From Lama guanicoe (taxonomy: Eukaryota): a stretch of 64,000 bases of DNA. Within the stretch, counting starts at the first letter, position 1. Every line of letters starts with the position of its first letter. The DNA is taken from assembly GCA_013239625.1 (NCBI GenBank), contig MU056262.1:6982134-7046133 (forward strand), in the 5' to 3' direction. The notes below the pieces were generated by a model. The model was not told the origin of the DNA. It ran no database searches and was given only the letters and a program-made list of their open reading frames with translations. Of this stretch, positions 50,421 through 62,590 are shown piece by piece. The position numbers and the translations under genes were made by a program.

Positions 50421-51342
50421 AAACTATTTTGCGATGAGTTTAATATCATTTCATAAATGGGGATGAGGGAGACTTTAGACAATTTAGGAGAGGTGTAAGA
50501 GATTAGCTAGCTAGTAAGTGACAGTCTTGAATTCTGTGAAGACTGAGGCCAACCAGGGGGTCTGACCCTTGAGGATCCCCCAAACTAAGTTCTTTCAGTC
50601 TCAAAATAATTGCACACCATTGTGACAGACAGGAGTCTGGTGTCATTAACTGCAATGCTGAGCTTTTCAATTTGGGAAAGAAGAATCTGCAGCTCTGAAT
50701 TTTCTACGATGGTTGGAACATCTGGTCTAAATGCATGTTGACATCACAAGGAATAAAACCTGAAACACAACAGAAATTATTCCCTTTGCAAAACGCATGC
50801 CAGAGGGAGAAATCACAGAGTCATTCCACCAAATTTCTCAGCAATTCTCACAAGATTGTGCATGTTAATTGCTTGTAGCTGTAGGTTAGTACTGTTAGTT
50901 CCTATGTGGCAGCTAAATACTAAATGGCAGACCCTTCAATCATAAAATTATGGACACTGGGGTCCCGAGGTGCCCGCCAGGTCATTGTGTCCATTCTTTA
51001 CCCACGTAGGCTGTTCTTGAGGACCAGTCTTCACGTCTTTTTGCCTAGTTGAGTTTGAAGCAACTGAGTGATTGGGTTTCTCCAGGGAAGTCATTATAAC
51101 TCTGTAAATTTAACTGTGGGGCAATGTTTTATTTGGTTCAAACTATCATGTTATTTGCTCAGTTACACTCATTAATTCTAGTTCCCCTCTGGAATGCTTC
51201 GTCTCTAATGACGTGTATTAAGCTCTTGGCCTGGTGTCCCAAGTTCACCATTGATCTTAGGAAGTTTATTTCTCCTCTCTGATCCTCAGTTTCCATTTCT
51301 ACAAAGTGGGAGAATTGGGAGGGATGATGTGTAGGTCTGTGT

Positions 51343-51445
51343 TTTTCTCTTTTCTCTTCTTTTCCTTTCTTTTCTTTCCTTCCTTCCTTCTTTCATTTCC
51401 TTTTGTTTGTTTGTGCCCTGTCTCTGTCCATCCCTCATTTTTGCC
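51343..51445 (+). repeat. TC-rich low-complexity tract
   Basis: ttttctcttttctcttcttttcctttcttttctttccttccttcc. Confidence 0.85.
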
Positions 51446-51497
51446 TTCCCCTATGATTATCTTCAATTATCAAATCCTTATCCTGGGGCCCCTTAGC

Positions 51498-51693
51498 ATA
51501 GAGAAGCTAGCCCTCACCAGCTTGGAAAAGCCAATTGTACTCATTTCTTCCCAGCTCTGTGCTCAGTGATGTCTCCTTGGTAGCTTAAAATTGGCCACAG
51601 TGGGAGTATTTACACTACGGGATTCAGCAAAGATTGCAGATCACCCCCTCACCAAGAAGAGCCAGTTGTCAAATAATTACTAGCACACCATTG
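51498..51693. mobile_element. MER63-type hAT-Blackjack element
   Basis: ttggtagcttaaaattggccacagtgggagtatttacactacgg...gagccagttgtcaaataattactagcacaccattg. Confidence 0.85.
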
Positions 51694-51759
51694 CTGTGAC
51701 CACTTGCTGAAGAGAGCATTGGCATAAGTAACCTTCTCTCAGTTAAAACAACCATGAGA

Positions 51760-52197
51760 TGAAAAAGAATGAAATGATGCCATCTTCAGCAACATGGATG
51801 GACTAGAGATTATCATACTGAGTGAAGTCAATCAGATAGAGAAAGACAAATACCGTATGATATCCCTTGTATGTGGACTCTAAAAAAGTGAGATAAATGG
51901 ACTTACTTGCAAACCAGAAATAGACTCACAGACATAGAAAACAAACTTACAGTTACCAAAGAGGAAAGAAGCGGAGGGATAAATTGGGAGTTTGGGATTA
52001 GCAGATACAGACTACTATATATAAAATAGGTGAAGAACAAGGTCCTACTGTACAGCACAGGGAACTATATTCAGTATCTTGTAATAACCTATAATGTAAA
52101 AGACTATGAAAAAGAATATATATATATAAAACTGAATCGCTATGCTGTACACCAGAAGCTAACACAACATTGTAAATCAACTATAGTTCAATTAAAA
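51760..52197 (+). mobile_element. 5'-truncated L1 3'UTR (cetartiodactyl-type) with TSD
   Basis: aaaagaatgaaatgatgccatcttcagcaacatggatggactagag...aacacaacattgtaaatcaactatagttcaattaaaaaaa. TT/AAAA site at 51743-51748; TSD aaaacaaccatgaga / aaaacactatgaga. Confidence 0.92.
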
Positions 52198-52314
52198 AAA
52201 ACACTATGAGAAAAAAGGAAAAAATGATTATCCGGTTTTGAAAGAGCTCACCTAAACTCAATAGTTGCACAAAACTCATATGGAAGGAAGGTGTATGTGT
52301 GGTGGGGGTATATT

Positions 52315-52490
52315 TAGTAGGTAGGTTTTCAGCATCTTCTATGCACTAGGAGTATGTTTTCATAAGCAGTCCTTGCCACAGCTTTAAAGGAAGGTTTTAT
52401 CCCCATTTTACATCTAGGGAAACTGAGGCTTATCAAGATTACGTAACTTGCCAAAACTTATGGAAATGTAAGTGGCAGAAGGTCACTGCT
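52315..52490 (-). mobile_element. MIR
   Basis: ttatccccattttacatctagggaaactgaggcttatcaagattacgtaacttgccaaa. Confidence 0.85.
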
Positions 52491-53824
52491 CAAAAACAAT
52501 CCGAAAGGTCAGCACCATTTGTGTTTTTGCCCCATTTAGCAAGTGCTGAAGATGTAGAATGAAACCAAAGGCCCTTGATTTCATGAACAGTCCACCCAGG
52601 ACCACTCCATGGATAGCGAAGACACAGATTCAGAGAGGATGTCATGTGAGTGCCATTGAGGTTTTTAGAGGCAATCACTTTACAGGTGAATGTGAAGATT
52701 TGGGGGAAAAAAGATTAACTTATGTGCTTTACCTTGGAAGCACTCATGTCCATATGTCTAGAATGGTCAGTTGGTTTTAATATCTTTAAACTGGGCTAGT
52801 TAAGTTTTCTTAATTACTTGGCTATGCTTTTTAAAAATAATGTTAGGGCAATTTAGGGCAGAGATCTTACTCAAGCTCCCTTGTAGACCTTTCTGTAAGT
52901 TTCTCCACCTGCCCTGAGGCTCAGAATTACAGTGACTTATTACAGCTTGAATCCAGGTCCCCAGTATGTTTAATTCTAAACTGTATGGTTTTCATCCATC
53001 ACACCAGCCTGCTCTGCTCTGATCGGAGATGAGTGAGTGCCATTTTGGATGCAACCTCAGTTAGTATCTTTGTCCAAGACACTCTAACTCTGCAGCAGCC
53101 TCCTCCGTGCTGGTATCTTTCAGCGCATCTCAGAATGGGACCTTCGTTTGCTTCCTCCTTTCATGTGTCAATGTTCTCCCCGTGCTAATAGAGAACAGAG
53201 GTGCTGGCCACAATGAGAGACCTCCAGGCAGGACAGGGACAGACTGTTCAAAGGCCTGGAGAAGGGGGGCCTCCCGGAACCCAGCCGCCTCACAGCTGGG
53301 GCTTGTTATCCACACCACTCTCCCACATTGCGGGGAGGCCAGCGGAGAGCCGCAGAAAATTAGAGGCTTGTGCTGGAGAGGCCAGATGTCGAGACAACGG
53401 GGACATCCTGTCTCCACTGGCCAGGCTGGCGGCTTTCAGTGCTCTTTGCTGTGGTGGACAATGTGGGCTTTTTCCTTTGTAGAGTGAAGGTCACATTAAG
53501 AAGTTCTGTTAAAGTCAAATGTCAGGGGAAGTGACTGTGAAATGAAGTGTTAGCATCATCTCCTTGAGCCCCACCTGTGCAGGTATGGAGGGAATCAAAG
53601 AAACTCGAGGGCTCTAGCAGTGCTTGAAGCTCGACTGTGTCTACAACTCTATGTTGGCACTTGACTCCCAGGGACAGTGTGCTGACCTAGGGAGTGTGGA
53701 ACATCTTACCAGCAGCAGCAGCCATGATGCCCTGCAGTTCAAAGAAGCAGAGTGCGTTGGCCAAAGCCACCTGGTGGGACCTGAGCCTACATAAACTTGA
53801 CTCTGAACCTTTTCCTCCCTTTGC

Positions 53825-53992
53825 ATTGATGCTTCTCCGTGTGGTCCCTGGACCAGTTACATTAGCATCACCTGAAAATTTGTTACAAATGCAGATCCCC
53901 AGGCCTCAGTCCAGACTTACTAAGTACCTAGAGGTGGGAGCTTAACAGCCCCTCCAGGTGATTGGGACGCACACTAACATTTGAAAACTGTG
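53825..53992. mobile_element. MER5A hAT-Charlie element
   Basis: gtgtggtccctggaccagttacattagcatcacctgaaaatttgttacaaatgcagatccccaggcc...ccctccaggtgatt. Confidence 0.85.
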
Positions 53993-56034
53993 GCCCAACG
54001 CCACCACACTGCTGGGTTTTGAAGGAGCCCCTCATACTAGGCTCTACAGAGATTTCATAGTCTGTTCCATTCCCTTTCAATTATAGCTCCAGATTTTTAG
54101 AAACAGAGAAACAACCCTACCAGAGTCTTCTGGACTAGGCATTGTGAGATTTGGCAGTCTTCAAGGAAAGTAAATCCTAGTGAAATAATGTTTTGTATGG
54201 CTCAGCCTGACTTCCTTTGGTTCAGTGGCTGCAAGTGGTGAGATGCAAACAGGCAAAGGAGCAGAACCTGGCAAATGCTCTGAGGCAGCCAGAATCCTGC
54301 CCTGGCTTCCAGAGTTCCTTACCCACCGAGGGGGACTCACCTGCTGGCTTCTCAGCAGGCACCAGGGATGACCCTGGGGCTTGGCTCGCAAAGAAACCAA
54401 CCCACCAGTAATCGTTCATCATCCGAATGCATGCTCTCCCTCCTGGACTGTGATCAATGAACAAGCACCCCTGGACCAAAGGCCTGGGTCGTTCTTATCA
54501 CTGTGATGGGCCCAGCCTAAGCCAGTAAATCTGACTCAGATTAGTCATTTATTTACTTTCTTATAGTTGTTTTAGGCTTTTGTTAAAATACCAACTCTGG
54601 GGCATGAAAGACGGCAGTTTTCATAACCAACATGGCAAATTTGATGTTTAAAAGGTTAAACTGTCTTCCGGAGTGTTGTAAAGAAAAAAAAAAGGCATCA
54701 AATTAAGAAACTGGAAATTTGAGTTAGAAACAGCTCTGGCAGTCCCAGGATGCTAGCTGGTATCCAAGGAATAGCCAGGACCCAGTCCCGTGAGAAGAGG
54801 AGAGTTATGGAATCGCTGCACAGGCTGAGATGTAGGGAGAGGCTCTAAGGAAGATGTACCATGAGGACAGCGTGGCCTTGTGGGAACAGTCACAAGAGAT
54901 GGAGTCATCGTTGGGCCACAGGCACAGGCTTCCTGGGGTGGCTGCTGAAATAAAGGCTGTACACTGTTCTCACAAGTTGTTATTTATCTACCAGTGCAGC
55001 CCGTTGGAACCACAGGATGAGGGTGCTGGGTTGGGGGAATGGCTCTCCCTTGTCCTCTGGACTTCAGTGAACAGTAGATAGAAAAATAAATAAGCGTCAT
55101 AACCCTGGCCAGCTCTCTATTGTGTTCACTCTGAATTCCGTGTTTTAAAAAGATGTTGATAAGCTGAATATAATCCAGAGACGGAAATTATATCTCATGA
55201 GAGACAATGGCAGGACTTGGAGATGTTTGGACTGAGGAATAAATAGCCCAGGAAAGATGGGGTGCAAAATCTCCTATCTTCAAATGCTTCGATCTTAAGG
55301 TAGCTCTGTCATTACGAAGTGGAAGAGACATTTTGACCAAGTTTGAAAACACTTGAATAGACATAAGGCAAGTCTTCATGGTTTCCCCATCCCAGCACAA
55401 GGCCTATTTGTGTATTTCGCATGTTCCCTTTTAGGACTCTGGTGCATATGGTTTGCTTAGTTGCAACCCCCGTGTACTTCTCTGCAGACCTAGGGCTGTG
55501 AATTGCTGGAAGGTCATAAGTAGCACATTATTAATGAGGGTCCACGTGTGCAGCATATTGCAGTTGAGAGGGTCCTCACAATCAAATCCATCTAAGAACG
55601 GAGCCAGACACCCTGCAGGGAAAGAGCTCTTCTGCCCTGTGGTTATTCAGGCATGAACTGGAAGGGAGTCTCTCCGGAAGACTGCTGTGGGCTTTCTAGA
55701 TCAGTTCTGCAGGTGGTCAGGGTAGCATTCACACTCTCTTCCTGTTCATCAATGTGTCTGTGATTCCAGTATGGTCCGTGTTCTTCCTTTCCTGAAAATC
55801 TTTTCAGAAAACAAATAGCGAGAATGAAACTAACATTTTTCCCCCATTCCTACTATGTGTCAGATCTGTGCTTTTGGCTTTTACATCATTAGCTCTCGTC
55901 TGTACAAACTTTGTTAAGTATGTTATCAGTTATCTTTGTACTACAAATGGAAGTCTTAGGACACATTTACTCCTGAAAAGTAAAAATATAACCAAACTGG
56001 TCCAAAATACAAACTACTGAAAAACTGAAGAAAA

Positions 56035-57221
56035 GGAAACCATGAAAAAAATGAAGAAGACAACTTACAAAACAGGAGAAAATATTTGCAAGTGGTGAGA
56101 CTGACACGGGATTAATTTCCAAAATACACAAACAGCTTTNNNNNNNNNNNNNNNNNNNNNNNNNNNNNNNNNNNNNNNNNNNNNNNNNNNNNNNNNNNNN
56201 NNNNNNNNNNNNNNNNNNNNNNNNNNNNNNNNNNNNNNNNNNNNNNNNNNNNNNNNNNNNNNNNNNNNNNNNNNNNNNNNNNNNNNNNNNNNNNNNNNNN
56301 NNNNNNNNNNNNNNNNTGAGAGTGGCCATCATTAAAAAGTCTACGGATAGTAAATACTAGAGAGGATCTGGAGNNNNNNNNNNNNNNNNNNNNNNNNNNN
56401 NNNNNNNNNNNNNNNNNNNNNNNNNNNNNNNNNNNNNNNNNNNNNNNNNNNNNNNNNNNNNNNNNNNNNNNNNNNNNNNNNNNNNNNNNNNNNNNNNNNN
56501 NNNNNNNNNNNNNNNNNNNNNNNNNNNAAAAATATACATGCACCTCATTGTTCATAACAGCACTGTTTACAATGTTCAAGACTTGAAATCAACCTAAACG
56601 TCCATTAACAGATGAATGANNNNNNNNNNNNNNNNNNNNNNNNNNNNNNNNNNNNNNNNNNNNNNNNNNNNNNNNNNNNNNNNNNNNNNNNNNNNNNNNN
56701 NNNNNNNNNNNNNNNNNNNNNNNNNNNNNNNNNNNNNNNNNNNNNNNNNNNNNNNNNNNNNNNNNNNNNNNATTTTAGGTGAGGTAAGTCAGACAGAGAA
56801 AGACACATATCATATGATATCATTATATGTAGAATCTAAAAAAAAAGTGATAAAAATGAACTTATTTACAAACTGGAAATAGACTCACATAGAAAACAAA
56901 CTGTGGTTACCAAGATGGAAAGGGGTGAAGGGGGAGGGATGGATTAGGAGTTTGGGATTAACATATACACACTACTATATATAGAATAAACAAGGAGCTA
57001 CTGTATAGCACAGGAAACTATCTTCAATATCTTGTGATAACCTGTAGTGGAGGGGAATCTGAAAAAGAATATACATATATAAATGTGTATAATTGAATCA
57101 CTTTACTGTACACCTGAAACTAGCACAACATTGTAGACCAACTATAGTTCAATAAAAAAAGTACGTATAACTGAAGAAACAATAAAAAAAAATCATTGGT
57201 TTGTTTACAAAAAAAAAAAAA
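56035..57221 (+). mobile_element. 5'-truncated L1 (ORF2 C-terminus plus 3'UTR) with three N gaps and a double poly(A) end
   Basis: ORF2 remnant (EKIFA...TDTGLISKIHKQL); 3'UTR similar to that at 51760-52197; TSD aaaaactgaagaaaa (56020-56034) / aaaacctgaagaaaa (57218-57232). Confidence 0.9.
56140..56771. other. Assembly gaps (56140-56316, 56374-56527, 56620-56771)
   Basis: Runs of N. Confidence 0.99.
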
Positions 57222-57871
57222 CCTGAAGAAAAACTCAACTACGGAAGTCCTTAGCATGGTGGGGAGCTGGTGTGCCTTCAGGACTTCACAGTTAAGAATT
57301 ACTAGGTACTTACACTTCTATCCCCCATTAAGAGGATTCAGCTACTAACTCTCAGGACACTCCCTAGTGCAAGTTTTTGTGAAAGAGAAACTGATGGGTT
57401 AGTTTATCCAGTGGAATGCTTTGCCTTGGGTCACATCCAATGAAGTACAGTGGGGGCTGTGCAAAGTGACTCCTGTGAGGTACCTTGTTGCGTGGTGTAT
57501 GCAAGTTGTGGGTGGTGGGGGGAGTACTGGGGTTATCTCAGAAAGGTGTGAGTAGGGGGCAGTGGTCAGCCTCTCTAGGAGAAAGTGACAGTTGCTTACG
57601 AGTTCACAGGCACAGATCCCAGGGCAGATGGAACAAGGTCTGTCTGGATGGAGTCATTGATCTTCCCAACACACCTGGTAGTACAGGACAGCGCTGGCTC
57701 TCCAAGAAGCTCATCTCTTGTCCAAGGTCATAAGGGTAGTGGGAGAAGACAAGAGTGTCATTCACCATAGATAACTCTGCCCGACAGTGGAACATGCTGG
57801 GGAAGAGTCCCTCCAGGCATTCATTTCACTCATATTAACAGAGCTGGTAGCATCCAGTGGGCAATGTTTCA

Positions 57872-58030
57872 TAGTTAGACAGATGTGGGTTCAAGTGCAG
57901 AGTCTGCCTCTTGCTGACTGTGGGATCTTGGGCAAGTTTATTAATAAATGAACAAAATACTGCTTCTGAGATCTCGATTCCTGGAGTCTAGGAACCTCAG
58001 TGAATGAATATGTAAATGAGTGTATTGAAG
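57872..58030 (+). mobile_element. MIR fragment
   Basis: gttagacagatgtgggttcaagtgc...ctgtgggatcttgggcaagtttattaa. Confidence 0.75.
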
Positions 58031-58083
58031 TACATTCTCTCTCAAAGCCTCTCCATATCTCAATTTCTGATGATGGCTTGAAA

Positions 58084-58290
58084 CAGGGATTGGCCAACTC
58101 CATCCCGTAGGATAAATCTAACTACTTCTGCAGATAAAGATCTAGTGGAACACAGCCTTGCTCATTCCTCTGCGTATCATCCACGGCTGTTTTGCGCTAC
58201 AACTGCAGCATTAGATAGTTGCAACAAAGACCATATAACATAAAATACTTACCATCTGACCTTTTACAAAAGCAAGTTTGCTGACCCCTG
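58084..58290. mobile_element. MER58A hAT-Charlie MITE
   Basis: TIRs cagggattggcca...tttgctgacccctg; internal ggaacacagccttgctcattc. Confidence 0.9.
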
Positions 58291-58419
58291 GCCCAGAGTA
58301 AAATAATTTTTCCTGCCTCCAGCACCCATGCTCTTTGCCCAGTTCTTCCCTTCCTTTGATACTATTCTTCTTCAGTTCCTTTTACAAGAACTTGGAGACC
58401 AATCTCTGAACATATTCCG

Positions 58420-58610
58420 TCCAAAGCCAGATCCTGGCTCGGGCACTCACTCACGGTGTGAGCTTGGGCGTGGTCCATGAATTATTCAAGCATCGGTTTT
58501 CCTTTCTGGAAAATGAGATTGAAAAGAACTCCCTCGAGGTGTTCTCCTGCGACGTTAATGAGATATTCCATGGAAACTGCTTAGAAAGTGCCCAGTGGAT
58601 GTCCGTTAGT
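58420..58610 (+). mobile_element. MIR fragment
   Basis: tgtgagcttgggcgtgg...catcggttttcctttctggaaaatgagat. Confidence 0.7.
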
Positions 58611-60479
58611 TCCTGTTGCAACAACGGTTACTTTCTTCATTCATCCCTCTGGGCAAATGTCCATCTGCATGTTTCTTCATTTAGGGATTTGGCTCTTAAT
58701 AGCCGGTAGCTCATGGTATAATTGTTGATCTGGTTGACAGCAAATAAATCACAGGACGGGAAGTTGTCTGGGAAGTGAGAGGGTTGGCAGAATTTTACCT
58801 GTAGCCCAACCCCTCTTTCTGTGGTGAAAGCCAGTCATGTGTCACACCCTACTTGGGGCAGGAGCCATCAGGCTAGAAACTCCAAGAAGGACTCATGGGC
58901 TGCTTTTACCCATTCTTTCTCATGGCAGTGGGACCCAGGCAACGCACAGAGGTCCAGATTCCTGAGACAGCCCAGCCCAGGCGGGGAGTCAGGGCGCTGT
59001 GTCCTCTTGTTCATCAGAAGCAGGCATCTCGGCTGGGCTGGACGGGCTGCTCAGGAGAGAATACAAATGCCTGAGCCTGGGGCTTAGAGAACGTCACGCC
59101 ACCAAAATCACACATGCCCTCCCCTGCCTTCCCCCGTCACAGGATGCGTCAGGCCGAAGGCCTACGAGCCTATCATGCGTCCAACCCAGCGTCTCCACCC
59201 ACTTCCCCACCATGAAGGTCAAAATTTCATTACATATCCCAGGAGGAGTCTTCTTTCTTTGTCAGTGAACATCTGGCCCTAGAGACCTCCTAATTAAAAC
59301 CAAAAACTAATTATTGTCACCTACTCTTTCCACTTACTGTTTATAATCTCCGTGCACCCCTCCACCCTGCCCCCGACACACATGGATCCTTCAGGAATGG
59401 CTAAGTCTCTCTTGGTTTTCTTTTTCCTTTAATGAATCTTACGTCCCAGCTATGTTTCTCGGTGGAGTTGGAGGTCTGGGACCCTGATTACTACCAGTGT
59501 TTCCAATTGCCTGTTCTCCCCCCTGGCCTTTCTGAAAGGATCCATTGAGAAAGAGGTCATGATTAAAGCCCTTGGAACAGGAAGAGTGTAATTGAAGCAG
59601 TGCCTGGCGCCTCTTGGCTTAACCTCCCTCCCCATAAACCACAACCAAGCACAGCAGGCTGCAGACCCTGTCCTGGATCTCTGGAGAGAAACGTGAAGTG
59701 TGAAGTGGGGGCTGGAGACATCTGAAGTCTAGGAAAGCCAAAAAATGCAGGGTGCTAAGAGGAAACATTCCTGATATGTGATGAAGATGTTTAAGAAAAG
59801 CCATGCAGAAAGGATTATGTCAGACAGGTCTCAAAAATAGTGGAAAATGTATTTGTATTGCATACGCTGTAGGTTCATACATGCAACTCAGACATGAAAG
59901 GTTTTTTACAGGGGGAGGGTGTCCCAGAAGGGTGGGAGAAGGAAAGGGGGCATCTGCTATCAGATCAGTGTTTGAAGCCAGCTTGGTATTTCTTGACTGT
60001 ATAATCTTGGAGCCATCAATTCCTGTTGAGCTCCAGTTTCTTCCAATGATCTTCCTTGCAGGGTGGTGGTGAGAAGTCACAAAGTTGATGTGTGCAGAGT
60101 GTCTAGGACAGTGGCTGTGCATAAAGGGTGCTTGCTCACTGTAAATGTCTATCTTTTCTCTTAACTACTAGGAGAGGAGGAATAGAAAGTCGGCAGCCTT
60201 GCTGTGTAACTTCCATCACCGTGATCAACACTGTCACTGTAGCAGCTAACAATATACAGTTTCACTGTGTGTCAGATATGCACACAGACACACACATGTA
60301 CACACGCACATACACATATGCACATTCATGGCCTAACAGTTATGAAACATATAAGCTAGGTACTATTATTTTCCTTGTTTGAGGAAACAATTGGTAAGGG
60401 GTGGTTTTTATTAGGAAGGGAAGGAGGTCTTCCTTGAAAGCCACTTTAAGAAATTTAACTTGTTAATAATTGTTGAACT

Positions 60480-60850
60480 CTGATAAGTGAACTGTGTTGC
60501 ACATAGAAAGATGCTCACTGCCTGCAGTGTTTATAGTCCCAATGCAGTAAATACAATGAGGGGGATAACCCAGATACCCACAGCTTATGGGTGTGACTAA
60601 ATTAGGATATACATATCCATACTATTTATCAGTGCTATGCAGACTCCGAAATCATTTATGGTTATGGTTACTAAGAGTTTTTGATATGAATATATTCATG
60701 ATATTATAGCAAGATGCAAAATTATATCCATATACAGACACATAGATATCAACTATGTAAAAAAACACTAGGCAAAACGAAAAAGACTGGAAAGAAATGC
60801 ATCACTATGTTGAGTGTTAAACTCCTGGGCTATTTCTTGAAGTCTTTGTT
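60480..60850 (+). mobile_element. L1ME-type 3' fragment
   Basis: aaagatgctcactgcctgcagtgtttatagt...aaaagactggaaagaaatgcatcactatgtt. Confidence 0.65.
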
Positions 60851-60879
60851 ATAAACTCCGGTAGTTTATATTTAGTGTA

Positions 60880-61085
60880 GTGTAGGGCATGGCTTTAGAT
60901 TTGGGGTTGAATGTGGGTTCTGGTATTCACAAGGCTTGGGATCTTGGGTAAGGGACTTCTCTAGTGCTGATTTTCCTCTTGAGTGAAATAAGCATAGTGG
61001 TAGTGTCTCCAACCTAAGAATGCTGTGAGAGTTAAAACAGAAAATGCACGTAACTCATTCAGCATGGTGCATATTATAGTTTATT
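60880..61085 (+). mobile_element. MIR
   Basis: gggatcttgggtaagggacttc...gctgtgagagttaaaacagaaaatgcacgtaa. Confidence 0.7.
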
Positions 61086-61583
61086 GTGTCTTACTATTAA
61101 AAAGGGGAGCAAAAGCCCAGAAGACACAAAGGGAGCTGGACTTTATTGACAGAGCGGGGGGGTTGGATCCGGACCCGTCTGGTGCTGACTCGGGGTCTGG
61201 CAGTCATGGCCCGCCCCTGTCTTTTTTCACAAACAAACAGAGCGGGCCTGGAGTGAATCTCCACACTGACCATCTGTGTTCATTCAACGTCACACTTTTT
61301 GCCCTAACACATTCCATTTTCAGTGTTTCCTCTTTGATGTTGATAACGATCTGGCTGGAGCAACCGAATGTTTCTAAGTGTGAGATCTAGACAACAAGCT
61401 CCCCATCCACATCGGAGAAAACGCCCAGCTAGGTTGAGGAGGAGATCAGAGTGAAGTCAGGGACACCTGGACGAAGGGGCCTGAGTCTGCCCTGTGCTAA
61501 GCAAACAGCTAAGCAGGGTCCAGGCTGGGAAATTTGCAATGGAAATAGGGGCTGTGTCCTGGCTTCACTCAAGTTCTCTTCTC

Positions 61584-61588
<5 letters not shown>

Positions 61589-61622
<34 letters not shown>
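61589..61622. repeat. (CT)17 microsatellite
   Basis: Read directly; followed by a degenerate CA run. Confidence 0.97.
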
Positions 61623-61626
<4 letters not shown>

Positions 61627-62360
61627 CACACAGACATACACACCATTTGAGTAACAGGTTAAATATCATGCACTCAAGAGATCCTTTTTTGGGGGCCCAG
61701 GTAATCCCAAGAACCCCTGTTATTCATCCCAACAGCACCATATATTTCTTTAATGCAAGATGGATCTTATTTTTAAATGACTGGAATAATATCGGCTTTC
61801 CCAGCCTGGTGAAAATTTCAGCAGGACAGGGGCTTTATCTGACTTATTTGATGTTATATCCCCTACACAAAGTCTGGCATGGTAGTTTAATGCCCAAATG
61901 AATAAAGTAAATGAATGTACCAGTATGGAGGCCCTAATTCAGGAGTCCTGACCAGATAGAGCTTTGAGAGTTACAGGTGGGAGAGCAGCGGTGAAAGCAA
62001 TGCCATTGGTTGGGGCAGAATTGGCTGAGGGCTTCAGAAGCCCGTGTGCAGTGTATTCTTTCCAGCTTGAGAAGAAGTGTGCAGACTCAGAGCCCTGACT
62101 CTGTGGTCTTTGCACGTATGTACATGTGTGTGTGCTGAGAGAGACCTTTGAGCTTCATAATAATGATGGTGTTGGTGGCTGTAAGGATGTGCTCACTGAA
62201 GCCATGCCCTTCTCCCCAGCAAGCAAAGTGCATTTTCACGGTGCTCTGTCCAATGCCTGGCATGCAGTATGTGTTCAGTTAATGCCTGCCACTTCTTAAA
62301 ATATCAAAGCTCACAAAGAGGACTTGGAAACTAAAATCTGGAGCTTCAAAACCTAATTTA

Positions 62361-62590
62361 ATTCACATTCTGGTTGGATAACTGATGACTTTGGACACCT
62401 CATATGAATGGAATCATATCAGGGGTTGGGGTGAGAGGGAAATGGGTATAAAGTCTCAAGTTATGCAGGATGAAAAAGTTCCAGGGATCTGCTGGACAAC
62501 ATTCTCCTGATAGTTAACAGTACTATACTGTACATGTAAAGACTGGTTACGTTGTTAAGTGGGTAGATCTGATGTTACGTTTTTAATTAA
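62361..62590 (+). mobile_element. Short L1MA/MB-type 3'UTR fragment with inverted 5' segment
   Basis: Sense aggggttggggtgagagggaaatgggtataaagtctcaagttatgcaggatgaaaaagttcc preceded by antisense cacctcatatgaatggaatcatatc. Confidence 0.7.

Noticed and set aside
53240-53430. Possible CpG island (also 58950-59200)
   Set aside because: Too short and too CpG-sparse to call an island.
55967-56882. ORFs containing X runs
   Set aside because: Artefacts of translating through N gaps in an L1.
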